This document shows positions 14,849-22,707 of a stretch of DNA of 24,679 bases, piece after piece. Both the position numbers and the translations under genes were made by a program. Within the stretch, counting starts at the first letter, position 1. Each line of letters begins with the position of its first letter. The notes under the pieces are model-generated. The model did not search any database, was not told the DNA's origin, and saw only the letters and a program-made list of their open reading frames with translations. Source of the DNA: a virus (lineage: Duplodnaviria; Caudoviricetes); the IMG/VR virus record IMGVR_UViG_3300031951_001150, positions 1 through 24,679 of that record; one strand, 5' to 3'.

Positions 14849-15962
14849 CTATGGTTGCAAATATACGGTAAGCAATTTGAGGAACAATGGCGTTACCATA
14901 GCCCATTATACTTTCTTTTCTCCACTTAGGAAAGGTAAGTCCGTCCAATTCGTTGGGAAGCCCATCATCTCCGCTACAAAGTGGGGATTTAGTTGGGAAC
15001 CAGCCCCAAGCCTCGGATGGTCCACCTTGTTGGGAACAAACATTGTCATCTGTCTTAATGTCATCTGGAGATTTACATTGTTTTCCTTGTGTCTCTGAGA
15101 TCGAGCCAAGTACGTTTCGGGTTTCGTTGCCGTATTCCAATCCTGAGCGTTCGGTGTCGGTAATACTCCCAAGGTCGCTTTTCCACTCAACATGTTCGCT
15201 GTTCCGTCCGATCTCAACTGACCTTTCCAATCCCCGGCTATCGGTGTCGGTAGCATTTCTCTTAATTTTGGATTTCCCAAACTGAAATTTACTCCACCTT
15301 GTGCTTCCCAACTTTTGCTCGTGTTTTTGTCTATGTGGTCCGATGCTTGTGGTGTCGGTATTATTCCCCTCTTGTAAATGAACCCTGTCGCTACCTCCTG
15401 TGCTAAGGTCCCGGAGTTCCCGAACCGCTGCTCCTTCTTCGATAGGTTCTCGCTGTATCCGTCCATCGCTGCTGGTGTCTTTAGCAATAATCCAAACTCT
15501 GTCCCTTCTGTGCGGAGCATTGATGCCGACAGCTGGTAATACAAACGTTTCGACTTCGTAGCCTTCACCTTCCAAATCAGCGTACACCTCTTCGAGAACC
15601 AATCCGTCCGACCAACTAAGGAGTCCACGAACATTCTCCCCCACGACATACCTTGGTCTGATGTCTCGGATTGCTTGGAGCATATAGGGCCATAAATGGC
15701 GTTCATCTTCTTTTCCCATCCTTTTTCCTGCTGTGGAGAAGGGCTGGCAAGGAAATCCACCAGAGAGGACATCGATTTTTCCTCTCCAAATTCTAAAGTC
15801 AGTTGTCTTGATGTTGTCATAACTTTGGGCCTCAGGCCAATAAAAACTACATAATTTTCTACTAAAAGGATTGATGTCGCAATGAAACTTATTCTCCCAA
15901 CCCATCCACTCCGCTGCTAGATCAAATCCTCCAATTCCACTAAATAAACTACCGTGATTCAT
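14832..15962 (-). CDS. DNA cytosine-C5 methyltransferase, alpha-type chain (motifs I-VIII and X), 376 aa
   Basis: SLFSGIGG (I), GGFPCQPFS (IV), ENV (VI), HRRDRVWII (VIII) and GNAIVPQIA (X); no motif IX in this frame. Start at MNHG, 15962. Confidence 0.92.
   Translation of the reverse strand: MNHGSLFSGIGGFDLAAEWMGWENKFHCDINPFSRKLCSFYWPEAQSYDNIKTTDFRIWRGKIDVLSGGFPCQPFSTAGKRMGKEDERHLWPYMLQAIRDIRPRYVVGENVRGLLSWSDGLVLEEVYADLEGEGYEVETFVLPAVGINAPHRRDRVWIIAKDTSSDGRIQREPIEEGAAVRELRDLSTGGSDRVHLQEGNNTDTTSIGPHRQKHEQKLGSTRWSKFQFGKSKIKRNATDTDSRGLERSVEIGRNSEHVEWKSDLGSITDTERSGLEYGNETRNVLGSISETQGKQCKSPDDIKTDDNVCSQQGGPSEAWGWFPTKSPLCSGDDGLPNELDGLTFPKWRKESIMGYGNAIVPQIAYRIFATIDETDN
14858..14887 (-). promoter_or_regulatory. 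Bacteroidota-type promoter embedded in the 3' end of the methyltransferase gene
   Basis: TTG-N19-TATATTTG-CA. Confidence 0.65.
14906..15820 (-). CDS. Overprinted methyltransferase beta-type chain (variable region plus motif IX) in an alternative frame
   Basis: A 304-codon open frame nested in the alpha gene. It ends with LNPHFVAEMMGFPTNWT (motif IX) and has four (P/K)TPxAxD repeats. True start uncertain. Confidence 0.8.
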   Translation of the reverse strand: MTTSRQLTLEFGEEKSMSSLVDFLASPSPQQEKGWEKKMNAIYGPICSKQSETSDQGMSWGRMFVDSLVGRTDWFSKRCTLIWKVKATKSKRLYYQLSASMLRTEGTEFGLLLKTPAAMDGYSENLSKKEQRFGNSGTLAQEVATGFIYKRGIIPTPQASDHIDKNTSKSWEAQGGVNFSLGNPKLREMLPTPIAGDWKGQLRSDGTANMLSGKATLGVLPTPNAQDWNTATKPETYLARSQRHKENNVNLQMTLRQMTMFVPNKVDHPRLGAGSQLNPHFVAEMMGFPTNWTDLPFLSGEKKV

Positions 15963-16233
15963 GATATTCTCTTTTAAGGCGATCAGCAATCTCCAACGCT
16001 CTCGTATGAGTCTTCATCTCCGTCCTCTTCCCAAATTCCCATTTCTGATGACAATCCATACAGTATAGCATCCAATTTTCGGGATGTTGCCTCAAACTCG
16101 GATAACTTCCTTTGGTAATGATATGTGAGATGAATGCTGGACTGAAATGAGGTAGACGTAGTCCACACTCTTCGCATTGATGATTCTGTCGTGTTGACCA
16201 CATAGCCTTGTACCATTGCAGATCGCCTTTCAT
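15949..16233 (-). CDS. HNH/NinG-like Zn-binding nuclease
   Basis: CEECG...SHII.K..YP.LR..PEN...YC..CH. Confidence 0.75.
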   Translation of the reverse strand: MKGDLQWYKAMWSTRQNHQCEECGLRLPHFSPAFISHIITKGSYPSLRQHPENWMLYCMDCHQKWEFGKRTEMKTHTRALEIADRLKREYHESR

Positions 16234-17213
16234 TAACTGATTCTGAAAACTCTGGTTCCGTTCTTATTCGGTCTCCAAGTTACTTTGGCTACTTCGCTAT
16301 TGATAATCGAGGAGTTACCCATATGTGTCTTAATCATATTGGCGTGTTCTCTCTTATCGTCTTCCAAGCCACTAATCTGAGACCCGATGGCCAAATAGTC
16401 CAAAATGTGTTGGTCAATCTCCGAGGTAGAAGCAATTGTCTTGTCTTCAGGGTTGGAGAATCGCTCGTTCAAGTATTCAGCATAAGCCTCTGTACCATCT
16501 GGCGGTGGTGCATACTGATCGTAGTCACCCCCATTGGCGAATGCTTCACGGCCCAAAAGAACACGATTCCAAAACTCCGTGGTGATATTAATGATTGAGC
16601 TAATGATTTCCTCATCGGCATCGTACTCGTGAACCTTGAAGTTTCTTCCATCTTCCAAAACAACCAAGTACCCCTTTGATACACCAAGCCCCATCATATA
16701 AGTCTGAAGTTGCAAGTAGTAGGATGGCGGTATTCCACCCTCCCATTGTTTGCTACTCCAACCGCTGATAGTCTTGATTTCAGCAATCGCATCTACATTC
16801 TCCAAATTGATTGTAGAATTGCGAACACGGATGTCCTTACTTACAATCAATCGGTCAGGAGAAAAGAACAAATGGGGGAACAATGGGTTCACAATATAAC
16901 CTGTAGGTTCATAAAGATGACGAACTTTTACACCTTTACGATAATTTTCAATCATTGTCTTCTCATCCGTTTCCCAATGTTCAAAAATATCAGCAACGGT
17001 TTCCTCAAGGATTGTTCCCATAAACATCGGCATATTTTCCACCTGTTTTTGTGGAATTACACCAATCTTTTGGTAGTACAACTCTGCTGGAGACTTCCAC
17101 GAGTTTACACCCATCAAGGTTCCAATCTCAGAAGCACCCAAACCCCTTTCACGGAAGTTTAACCACTCCTGATATTGCTCGTCTTTACTTATTCTTACTA
17201 TCTCCAGTTTCAT
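16233..17213 (-). CDS. YqaJ/lambda-exonuclease-family viral recombination nuclease
   Basis: WL..R..GLGASEI..LMG..W.SP..LY..K, G..LE, SPD, EIKT and YY.Q.Q.YM. Confidence 0.92.
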   Translation of the reverse strand: MKLEIVRISKDEQYQEWLNFRERGLGASEIGTLMGVNSWKSPAELYYQKIGVIPQKQVENMPMFMGTILEETVADIFEHWETDEKTMIENYRKGVKVRHLYEPTGYIVNPLFPHLFFSPDRLIVSKDIRVRNSTINLENVDAIAEIKTISGWSSKQWEGGIPPSYYLQLQTYMMGLGVSKGYLVVLEDGRNFKVHEYDADEEIISSIINITTEFWNRVLLGREAFANGGDYDQYAPPPDGTEAYAEYLNERFSNPEDKTIASTSEIDQHILDYLAIGSQISGLEDDKREHANMIKTHMGNSSIINSEVAKVTWRPNKNGTRVFRIS

Positions 17214-17451
17214 CTCGTGTTACCCATTTTTCAAACTCCTCGGCCATCTCAAAAGTAAACTTTTTGAAATCGCTAACTGCAAATTCTCCGTTTAATCTTG
17301 GTGCAATAATCTCAACGAAATTAAGTGCCGCCTTTAAACTCGACTGACGAATAATCGAAAGTTGTTCCTGCCCATAGTGTTTCATATGAGCAGGTTCAAC
17401 CCTTTTTCCGATTTTTGCAGCGAGATTAGTATTACTAACTCCTCTTGACAT
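17185..17451 (-). CDS. Hypothetical protein (IIRQSSLKAA motif) in the recombination module
   Basis: ORF track; TAATG coupling with the SSB-like gene. Confidence 0.75.
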   Translation of the reverse strand: MSRGVSNTNLAAKIGKRVEPAHMKHYGQEQLSIIRQSSLKAALNFVEIIAPRLNGEFAVSDFKKFTFEMAEEFEKWVTRDETGDSKNK

Positions 17452-18098
17452 TAGAATGGTAAATCGTCATCGTCAAATGAAGAACTTGAAGCCTCTTCAT
17501 TTGGCTCTGGCATTAACTTCTGCCAATCTTGTTGCTCTACCTCACCGGCCATCATTTTGTTGGCAGCGGCAGCCTCTTGGACACGAGTATTGAATTCGTT
17601 AATCTTATCCATACGGAAAGCCTCAACCTCGCTCCAATCGATTGAAATCAACTCGCCCTTTTTGTTGAACACTTCTTCGGGATCCGGCATACCGTCACCT
17701 TTCTTGAAGGCCCACTTCAAAGTCGAACCATTCTGATTGATGAACAAAGCAGAACGCTTCTTACCATCAATCTCTTTCAAAGATGGAATGAACTCAACTT
17801 TCTTCGATGGATCAATGTTTGGAGAACAATGAGCCAAAGCGATGAAATACGAAGTCTGCTTAGCAGCTTGTCCTGGTTTCTCCTCACCTTTGATTCTAAT
17901 TTGGAATTGGTACAACTTGTCATCCATCAAATCGATGTTCAATACTTGGCCGTACTGCGTATCACGAGTACTCATACCAACAATGTAACCTTCAATTGAA
18001 TCATACAATTCGTACTTCTTCTCACCTAAATACTTGGCAACTTTGCCTTCTCTAATTGTCAGGTACTCACGAGCACCTAGTCCTTTGTTTAAACCCAT
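17451..18098 (-). CDS. Putative single-stranded DNA-binding protein
   Basis: Acidic C-terminal tail DDDDLPF, beta-rich N-terminal half and position next to the YqaJ exonuclease. Confidence 0.7.
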   Translation of the reverse strand: MGLNKGLGAREYLTIREGKVAKYLGEKKYELYDSIEGYIVGMSTRDTQYGQVLNIDLMDDKLYQFQIRIKGEEKPGQAAKQTSYFIALAHCSPNIDPSKKVEFIPSLKEIDGKKRSALFINQNGSTLKWAFKKGDGMPDPEEVFNKKGELISIDWSEVEAFRMDKINEFNTRVQEAAAANKMMAGEVEQQDWQKLMPEPNEEASSSSFDDDDLPF

Positions 18099-18118
18099 AT
18101 TTTTTCTATTATGTGATG

Positions 18119-18166
18119 CGAATATAGTAGAATATTTTGTAATTTCAATGTTTTTTCGTAAAATTG
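18119..18166. promoter_or_regulatory. Overlapping divergent promoters
   Basis: Minus: TTG(18148)-N19-TATATTCG(18126-18119). Plus: TTTG(18136)-N19-TAAAATTG(18159-18166). Confidence 0.65.
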
Positions 18167-18175
18167 TAAGAAATT

Positions 18176-18418
18176 ATGAATAACGAATTAAAAGACCGGG
18201 TGCTTGATTTAAAAGGCAAACTAAAGCGTGGCGATATGGCTCGTATCGTAGACAGAGTTTCTAAGTTTGGTATACAGAAATACGATGTATACAACATTCT
18301 CAATGGAAAAAGTTTAGTCGATCATCAGAAGTTAATTTTAGTGATGAAGGAAGTAAAACGATGTATCGATGAAAATCAAGCCTACCTTCGAGAATTCGAA
18401 ACTAAAATTTCTGAATAA
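18176..18418 (+). CDS. Small HTH (Cro-like) DNA-binding protein
   Basis: LKRGDMARI......I.KYDVYNILNGK; first gene after the divergent promoters. Confidence 0.7.
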   Translation: MNNELKDRVLDLKGKLKRGDMARIVDRVSKFGIQKYDVYNILNGKSLVDHQKLILVMKEVKRCIDENQAYLREFETKISE

Positions 18419-18831
18419 TGACTTTTGATGACCTCGAAAGAAAAATCATTGAGATTCGCAAAAGAGGTTTAAACATTGTAGTTCAGACAGAACTCATCGG
18501 TAACATCAGAGGTGAGTATTATGACAAACTTATCGCAAAGAAACAAAATGCGATAAATGACTTATTCAAAAAGAATATAAACTACCTTGCTTCTTTACAC
18601 AAGCAGAAAGTGACATCGAATCTGATTCAGGAAACTATGGGTATACAACCAGACTTGAATCTAAACAAAGTTATTTATGGGAGTTACACCATCAATAGCA
18701 TCAAAACTGCAATAGCGGTAGCCGAATTTTATGGCTTGCCGGTTGATTTATTGTTATTTAACGATCTAGAAGCAAATGCCAAAACACTTAAAGAACTCTA
18801 TCCTTCTATTTTCAGACAGGGTAGAAATTAA
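18418..18831 (+). CDS. XRE-family HTH-like regulator
   Basis: FKKNINYL...AIAVAEFYGLPVDLLLFNDL matches XRE domain ends. Confidence 0.7.
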   Translation: MTFDDLERKIIEIRKRGLNIVVQTELIGNIRGEYYDKLIAKKQNAINDLFKKNINYLASLHKQKVTSNLIQETMGIQPDLNLNKVIYGSYTINSIKTAIAVAEFYGLPVDLLLFNDLEANAKTLKELYPSIFRQGRN

Positions 18832-19183
18832 ACCACTTTCCGTCAATGAATGTTGGCAAGGGAAACGATTCAAAACAAAAACTTATCAAGCCTACGAAAA
18901 AGAGATGCTACTCAGATTAGCACCTTTTGATTTCAAACAATCCAAAGAGCCTTTGGAGTTATCTCTGATTGTAGGCGTAAGTAACATCGCCTCAGATGCA
19001 GACAATGTCGTAAAGCCATTTGTAGACATCCTTCAAAAAAAATATAACTTCAACGACAAATACATCTTTCGCCTTGTAATTGAGAAAGTTATGGTTGTCA
19101 AGGGAGCGGAATTTATCGAGTTCTACATAAAAAATTGCACTCCTAGACTTTTTCAATTTGATAATTCAAAAAAAGAGGTTTAA
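18776..19183 (+). CDS. rusA: RusA-like Holliday junction resolvase
   Basis: KPLSVN..W, D.DN..KP..D.L and FND..I motifs. Confidence 0.85.
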   Translation: MPKHLKNSILLFSDRVEIKPLSVNECWQGKRFKTKTYQAYEKEMLLRLAPFDFKQSKEPLELSLIVGVSNIASDADNVVKPFVDILQKKYNFNDKYIFRLVIEKVMVVKGAEFIEFYIKNCTPRLFQFDNSKKEV

Positions 19184-19188
19184 TATTG
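19157..19188 (+). promoter_or_regulatory. Bacteroidota-type promoter
   Basis: TTTG-N20-TAATATTG-CA. Confidence 0.6.
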
Positions 19189-19387
19189 CAGCACGGTAGA
19201 ATTTGTAATGGGGGTATTGTTCCAAGCCGTCTGGTGAGTAAAGCAAGTCGCTTGCAGAATCAACCAGCCACTCTTAACCAATTTTCAAAAAAGCACACGC
19301 TTTTTAGGAAAGGGGGGAAAGGGGGGTATGGTTTATTGCTGGTTCCGTAAGCAAATGTATTGTAGTACTCGGATAACTTATTATCTA

Positions 19388-19432
19388 AAATGCCCTAACT
19401 ATGCTCTTTTGATAAAAGGGCATTTCTTTTTT
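19388..19432 (+). terminator. Possible terminator hairpin upstream of the portal gene
   Basis: AAATGCCCT...AGGGCATTT followed by CTTTTTT; the 20-nt loop is unusually large. Confidence 0.45.
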
Positions 19433-19460
19433 ATAACCTTTTTGCATAAATTTGTAATCA

Positions 19461-21674
19461 ATGGCGTTTACTATAACTAATCAACCAAAGCAGTTTTTGT
19501 CAGAAAGTGAGAAAACTAAAATTTGGTACAAGGAGAATCTTCAGTTCATAATGAGTCATTTCAACAAAAGAAATGATCGTATTTCTAGAGTTCGTCAATC
19601 AGTCGATTTGGAAAATCCTATTGATGAAATTGTTCGTATGTACACATACTACCTTGGCAGACAATCAAACAAAGATTACTACTACACAACTCAAGACCAA
19701 AACAACTGCGACCTTCCAACAGTATGGATTAATGGACAAAAGGTGACCTCTTTGGTTGACTTTATGGTTGGTAACGCCATCAAGATGATTGAGAATATCG
19801 AACCATCTGTAAAGGCTCAAAGTAAAGCGGCAATGAACAAGAAAACTGAAATCTTGGAGAAAGCATTGTTGATGTTTGACGCTCCAGAGATTTTTGAAAC
19901 ATTGGCTGATTACGGAGTTGAATACGCCCCTTTGGGTAACGATACTGAAAAAATGGAAAGTCCTGAAGATGTGTATCGTTATATGGAGTATGACTACAGG
20001 CAGTACACCGAAGTAATCGGTATGCGTATGGCAGAAGATATTCTTCTTCGTAATGACTATCGCAATAAACTCAAGCAAGCATTTTTGTATACCTTACTCG
20101 GAGGTAGAGTAGGTATTGAAAACAGAGTTGAAAATGCAAAGCAATACTTTGATGTCATACTCCCCCATAACTTGATTGTAGATATGGCGAAGGATGATGA
20201 CTTTAATTCTGATGCCCGATTTGTTGGGAAAGTAGATTGGTTGAATACTACGGATGTAATCGAAAGATATCAGCAATGGCTTACTACAGAGGAGATTACA
20301 GAAATCAAAGAAATCACAATGAACAACCTGTATCAGCTTTTGGATTTGACTACACATCCATATGCAACGAACTGGGCGTTTAACTTTAACAACCTTCCAA
20401 CTTTGGCCTGTGTAACCGGCTATTGGATTGGTATGAAAGATTTGGGTTACGAAGAGTCAAAAGATAAATTTGGCAACACCCATATTTCTAAAATCAGAAA
20501 CGGACGCAAGAGTAAGTTTTGGACCAAGACGGTTTACAAAGGTACTCTCATCGGAAACAAATATGTTGTAGATTGGGAAGAGGTTACCAACCAAGTTCGT
20601 AAACACGACAATCCCGGAGATGTAGAATTGCCATTGAAAGTGTTTATCCCGAATATGGTAATGGGAGAAAATCGTTCTGTAGTTGCTCGCTTGCACCAAC
20701 ACCAGGACCGCATCGATTACATCACAAACGAAATAACCAAAATGATGAACCGTGCTAAAGGCAAGGTGTATATCATCAACCGACAAAAACTCGGTACTTC
20801 AACTGCCAAAGATGTTATCTCTGATTTTGAACGCTTGGGTATCCACGTTACTGATGGCTCTGCTACTGGTGAAGACTTTGTGGCAGGTCAAGATGCTCGT
20901 ATGGTGGAAGTAGTCGATATGACACTCGATCCTAACGTAAACCAATTGATAAATCTTCGTAGAGAAGAAGAGCGTTTGATGGAAGAGATTGTGAACATTC
21001 CAAAAGTTGCTCTTGGTCAACAAAGTGGTTATGTCGGAGCCAAAACTCAGGCAGGTACAATTGCTCAATCTAACTTGGGTACATCTTACCTATACCAAGG
21101 CTTTATTGAGTTCTTCCAAAAGAATCTTGCCTTCAGTTTGAATCAGTATAAAGTATCATTGATTTCTGAGTCCGAAGATGAAATTCCTGTAGTTGGTACT
21201 CGTGGAAAACAATGGTTGAAGATCACCAAAGATTTCCAAATGGAAGAACTTGGCGTTTACATCAAAGTAAAAGACTTTATCGATGACGCATCTCGTGAGC
21301 GTTTGTTGTCTTTGGCACAGGCGGCTATGCAGAACCAACAGATTGATATGTTTGATTATCTTACTATCGAACAGGCGAGAAGTTATACTGAGTTGTTGGC
21401 TGACCTCAAATATGCTATGAATAAGAAAAAGCGTGAGGCCCAACAGCAACAGGCAATGATGCAAATGATGCAGCAGGCTCAACAAGAACAGCAAATGGCT
21501 GCACAACAGCAAGTTGCTGGAATGAAAGAGGAAGGTGCAAACTATCGTGCTGAAGTTGGGGCTCAGTCTCAATTAGCAAAAGAGGCGATGAAATCAGGTA
21601 TGTCGCAAGAGCCGACCGCTGAAGACGGAGCAGTTGCTGAAGAAGAAATGATGGCTCAAATGATGGGCCAATAG
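19461..21674 (+). CDS. Portal protein (crAss-like/podoviral type), 737 aa
   Basis: Size, first position in the head module, K...W.K.N N-terminus, LGQ...QS motif and Gln/Met-rich C-terminal tail. TAAATTTG (-7 element) at 19447-19454. Confidence 0.88.
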   Translation: MAFTITNQPKQFLSESEKTKIWYKENLQFIMSHFNKRNDRISRVRQSVDLENPIDEIVRMYTYYLGRQSNKDYYYTTQDQNNCDLPTVWINGQKVTSLVDFMVGNAIKMIENIEPSVKAQSKAAMNKKTEILEKALLMFDAPEIFETLADYGVEYAPLGNDTEKMESPEDVYRYMEYDYRQYTEVIGMRMAEDILLRNDYRNKLKQAFLYTLLGGRVGIENRVENAKQYFDVILPHNLIVDMAKDDDFNSDARFVGKVDWLNTTDVIERYQQWLTTEEITEIKEITMNNLYQLLDLTTHPYATNWAFNFNNLPTLACVTGYWIGMKDLGYEESKDKFGNTHISKIRNGRKSKFWTKTVYKGTLIGNKYVVDWEEVTNQVRKHDNPGDVELPLKVFIPNMVMGENRSVVARLHQHQDRIDYITNEITKMMNRAKGKVYIINRQKLGTSTAKDVISDFERLGIHVTDGSATGEDFVAGQDARMVEVVDMTLDPNVNQLINLRREEERLMEEIVNIPKVALGQQSGYVGAKTQAGTIAQSNLGTSYLYQGFIEFFQKNLAFSLNQYKVSLISESEDEIPVVGTRGKQWLKITKDFQMEELGVYIKVKDFIDDASRERLLSLAQAAMQNQQIDMFDYLTIEQARSYTELLADLKYAMNKKKREAQQQQAMMQMMQQAQQEQQMAAQQQVAGMKEEGANYRAEVGAQSQLAKEAMKSGMSQEPTAEDGAVAEEEMMAQMMGQ

Positions 21675-21680
21675 AAAATA

Positions 21681-21712
21681 TTTGTAAATTTGTATATATT
21701 ATACTAAATTTG
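21681..21712 (+). promoter_or_regulatory. Bacteroidota-type promoter for the scaffold and capsid genes
   Basis: Perfect TTTG-N20-TAAATTTG. Confidence 0.75.
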
Positions 21713-21720
21713 AAAAATAT

Positions 21721-22677
21721 ATGAGTGAAAACTTTTTATCGGATATTGCTGATCAATTGAGAAATCAGACTCCCCCTGTGGCTCCTACAGCAGTAGAGCC
21801 AACACCAGCAGAGCCTACGCCTGCTCCTGTAGCAGCAGAACCCACACCTGCTGAGCCTGTTGTTGCTGCTCCGGTTAATCCTCAGATTACCGATAGCGTA
21901 ACCGCAGTTGCTAAAGAATGGTGGGAAAGCGATGAACCAGCTCCTGCTGATCCAAAGCCAACAGATAAAAACGAACCTCAGCAACCACAAGCCCAAACCG
22001 ATTTGGATGAAGACTTGAAGTTGTTGATGGAGTATAAGAAATCTGGCAAAACTCTAAAGGACTTTGTCAACGACTATAAAGTTGATGACATTAGTACTTG
22101 GAGTGAAGAACAGGTTGTAAAAAATGGAATCAAAGAATTTATGGGCTTGGAGGGTGAAGAACTCGAACAAGCAATCTATGAATACGATAACGCTTCCATT
22201 TTCCAAAAGAAACAATGGGCTGAATCTTTTAAGCAGCAGTACAATCAGAAGAACCAAGATAAACTGAAACAGTTGACTAGTTCTAATGATAAATTTGCTG
22301 AACAAGAACAAGCCGTTGCTCAAAAATACAATGCTGAATTAGAATCATTTTCTCAGCAAGTGGTAGGTCAAGAGTTGTATGGCATGAAAATCACAGACGA
22401 AATGTCCAAGGATTTGAAGAGCTTTATTGACAAAGAGTTTACCCTTCAGAGAGCCGATGGTTCGTTTGACGTTGAAAAGATGTATTCCATTGGCCTATGG
22501 CTAAAGTATGGAAAGGATCTTATGAGGGCCAACATCACCAAAGCCAAAAATGAAGGAAGGGATCAGATAATCAAAGAGGTTACTAATCCTTCTAAAAATA
22601 TGACTGGTGGAGGAAGAGTTGTTGGTTCTGGACTTGAGGCCGCACAAGAGGCTTTTGTAGCTATGTTCCCTGGCTAA
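21721..22677 (+). CDS. Putative capsid scaffolding protein
   Basis: Between portal and major capsid; Pro/Ala/Glu-rich N-terminus with (A/V)EPTP repeats; acidic helical body. Confidence 0.75.
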   Translation: MSENFLSDIADQLRNQTPPVAPTAVEPTPAEPTPAPVAAEPTPAEPVVAAPVNPQITDSVTAVAKEWWESDEPAPADPKPTDKNEPQQPQAQTDLDEDLKLLMEYKKSGKTLKDFVNDYKVDDISTWSEEQVVKNGIKEFMGLEGEELEQAIYEYDNASIFQKKQWAESFKQQYNQKNQDKLKQLTSSNDKFAEQEQAVAQKYNAELESFSQQVVGQELYGMKITDEMSKDLKSFIDKEFTLQRADGSFDVEKMYSIGLWLKYGKDLMRANITKAKNEGRDQIIKEVTNPSKNMTGGGRVVGSGLEAAQEAFVAMFPG

Positions 22678-22707
22678 ACAAAAAGGGACACTAAAAAAAT
22701 AACATAA

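Noticed and set aside
15-17347. Plus-strand ORFs opposite the leftward operons
   Set aside because: They are antisense shadows of tightly coupled minus-strand genes, with no motifs or promoters.
21790-21860. Short DNA repeats in the scaffold gene
   Set aside because: Explained by (A/V)EPTP peptide repeats in a disordered linker.
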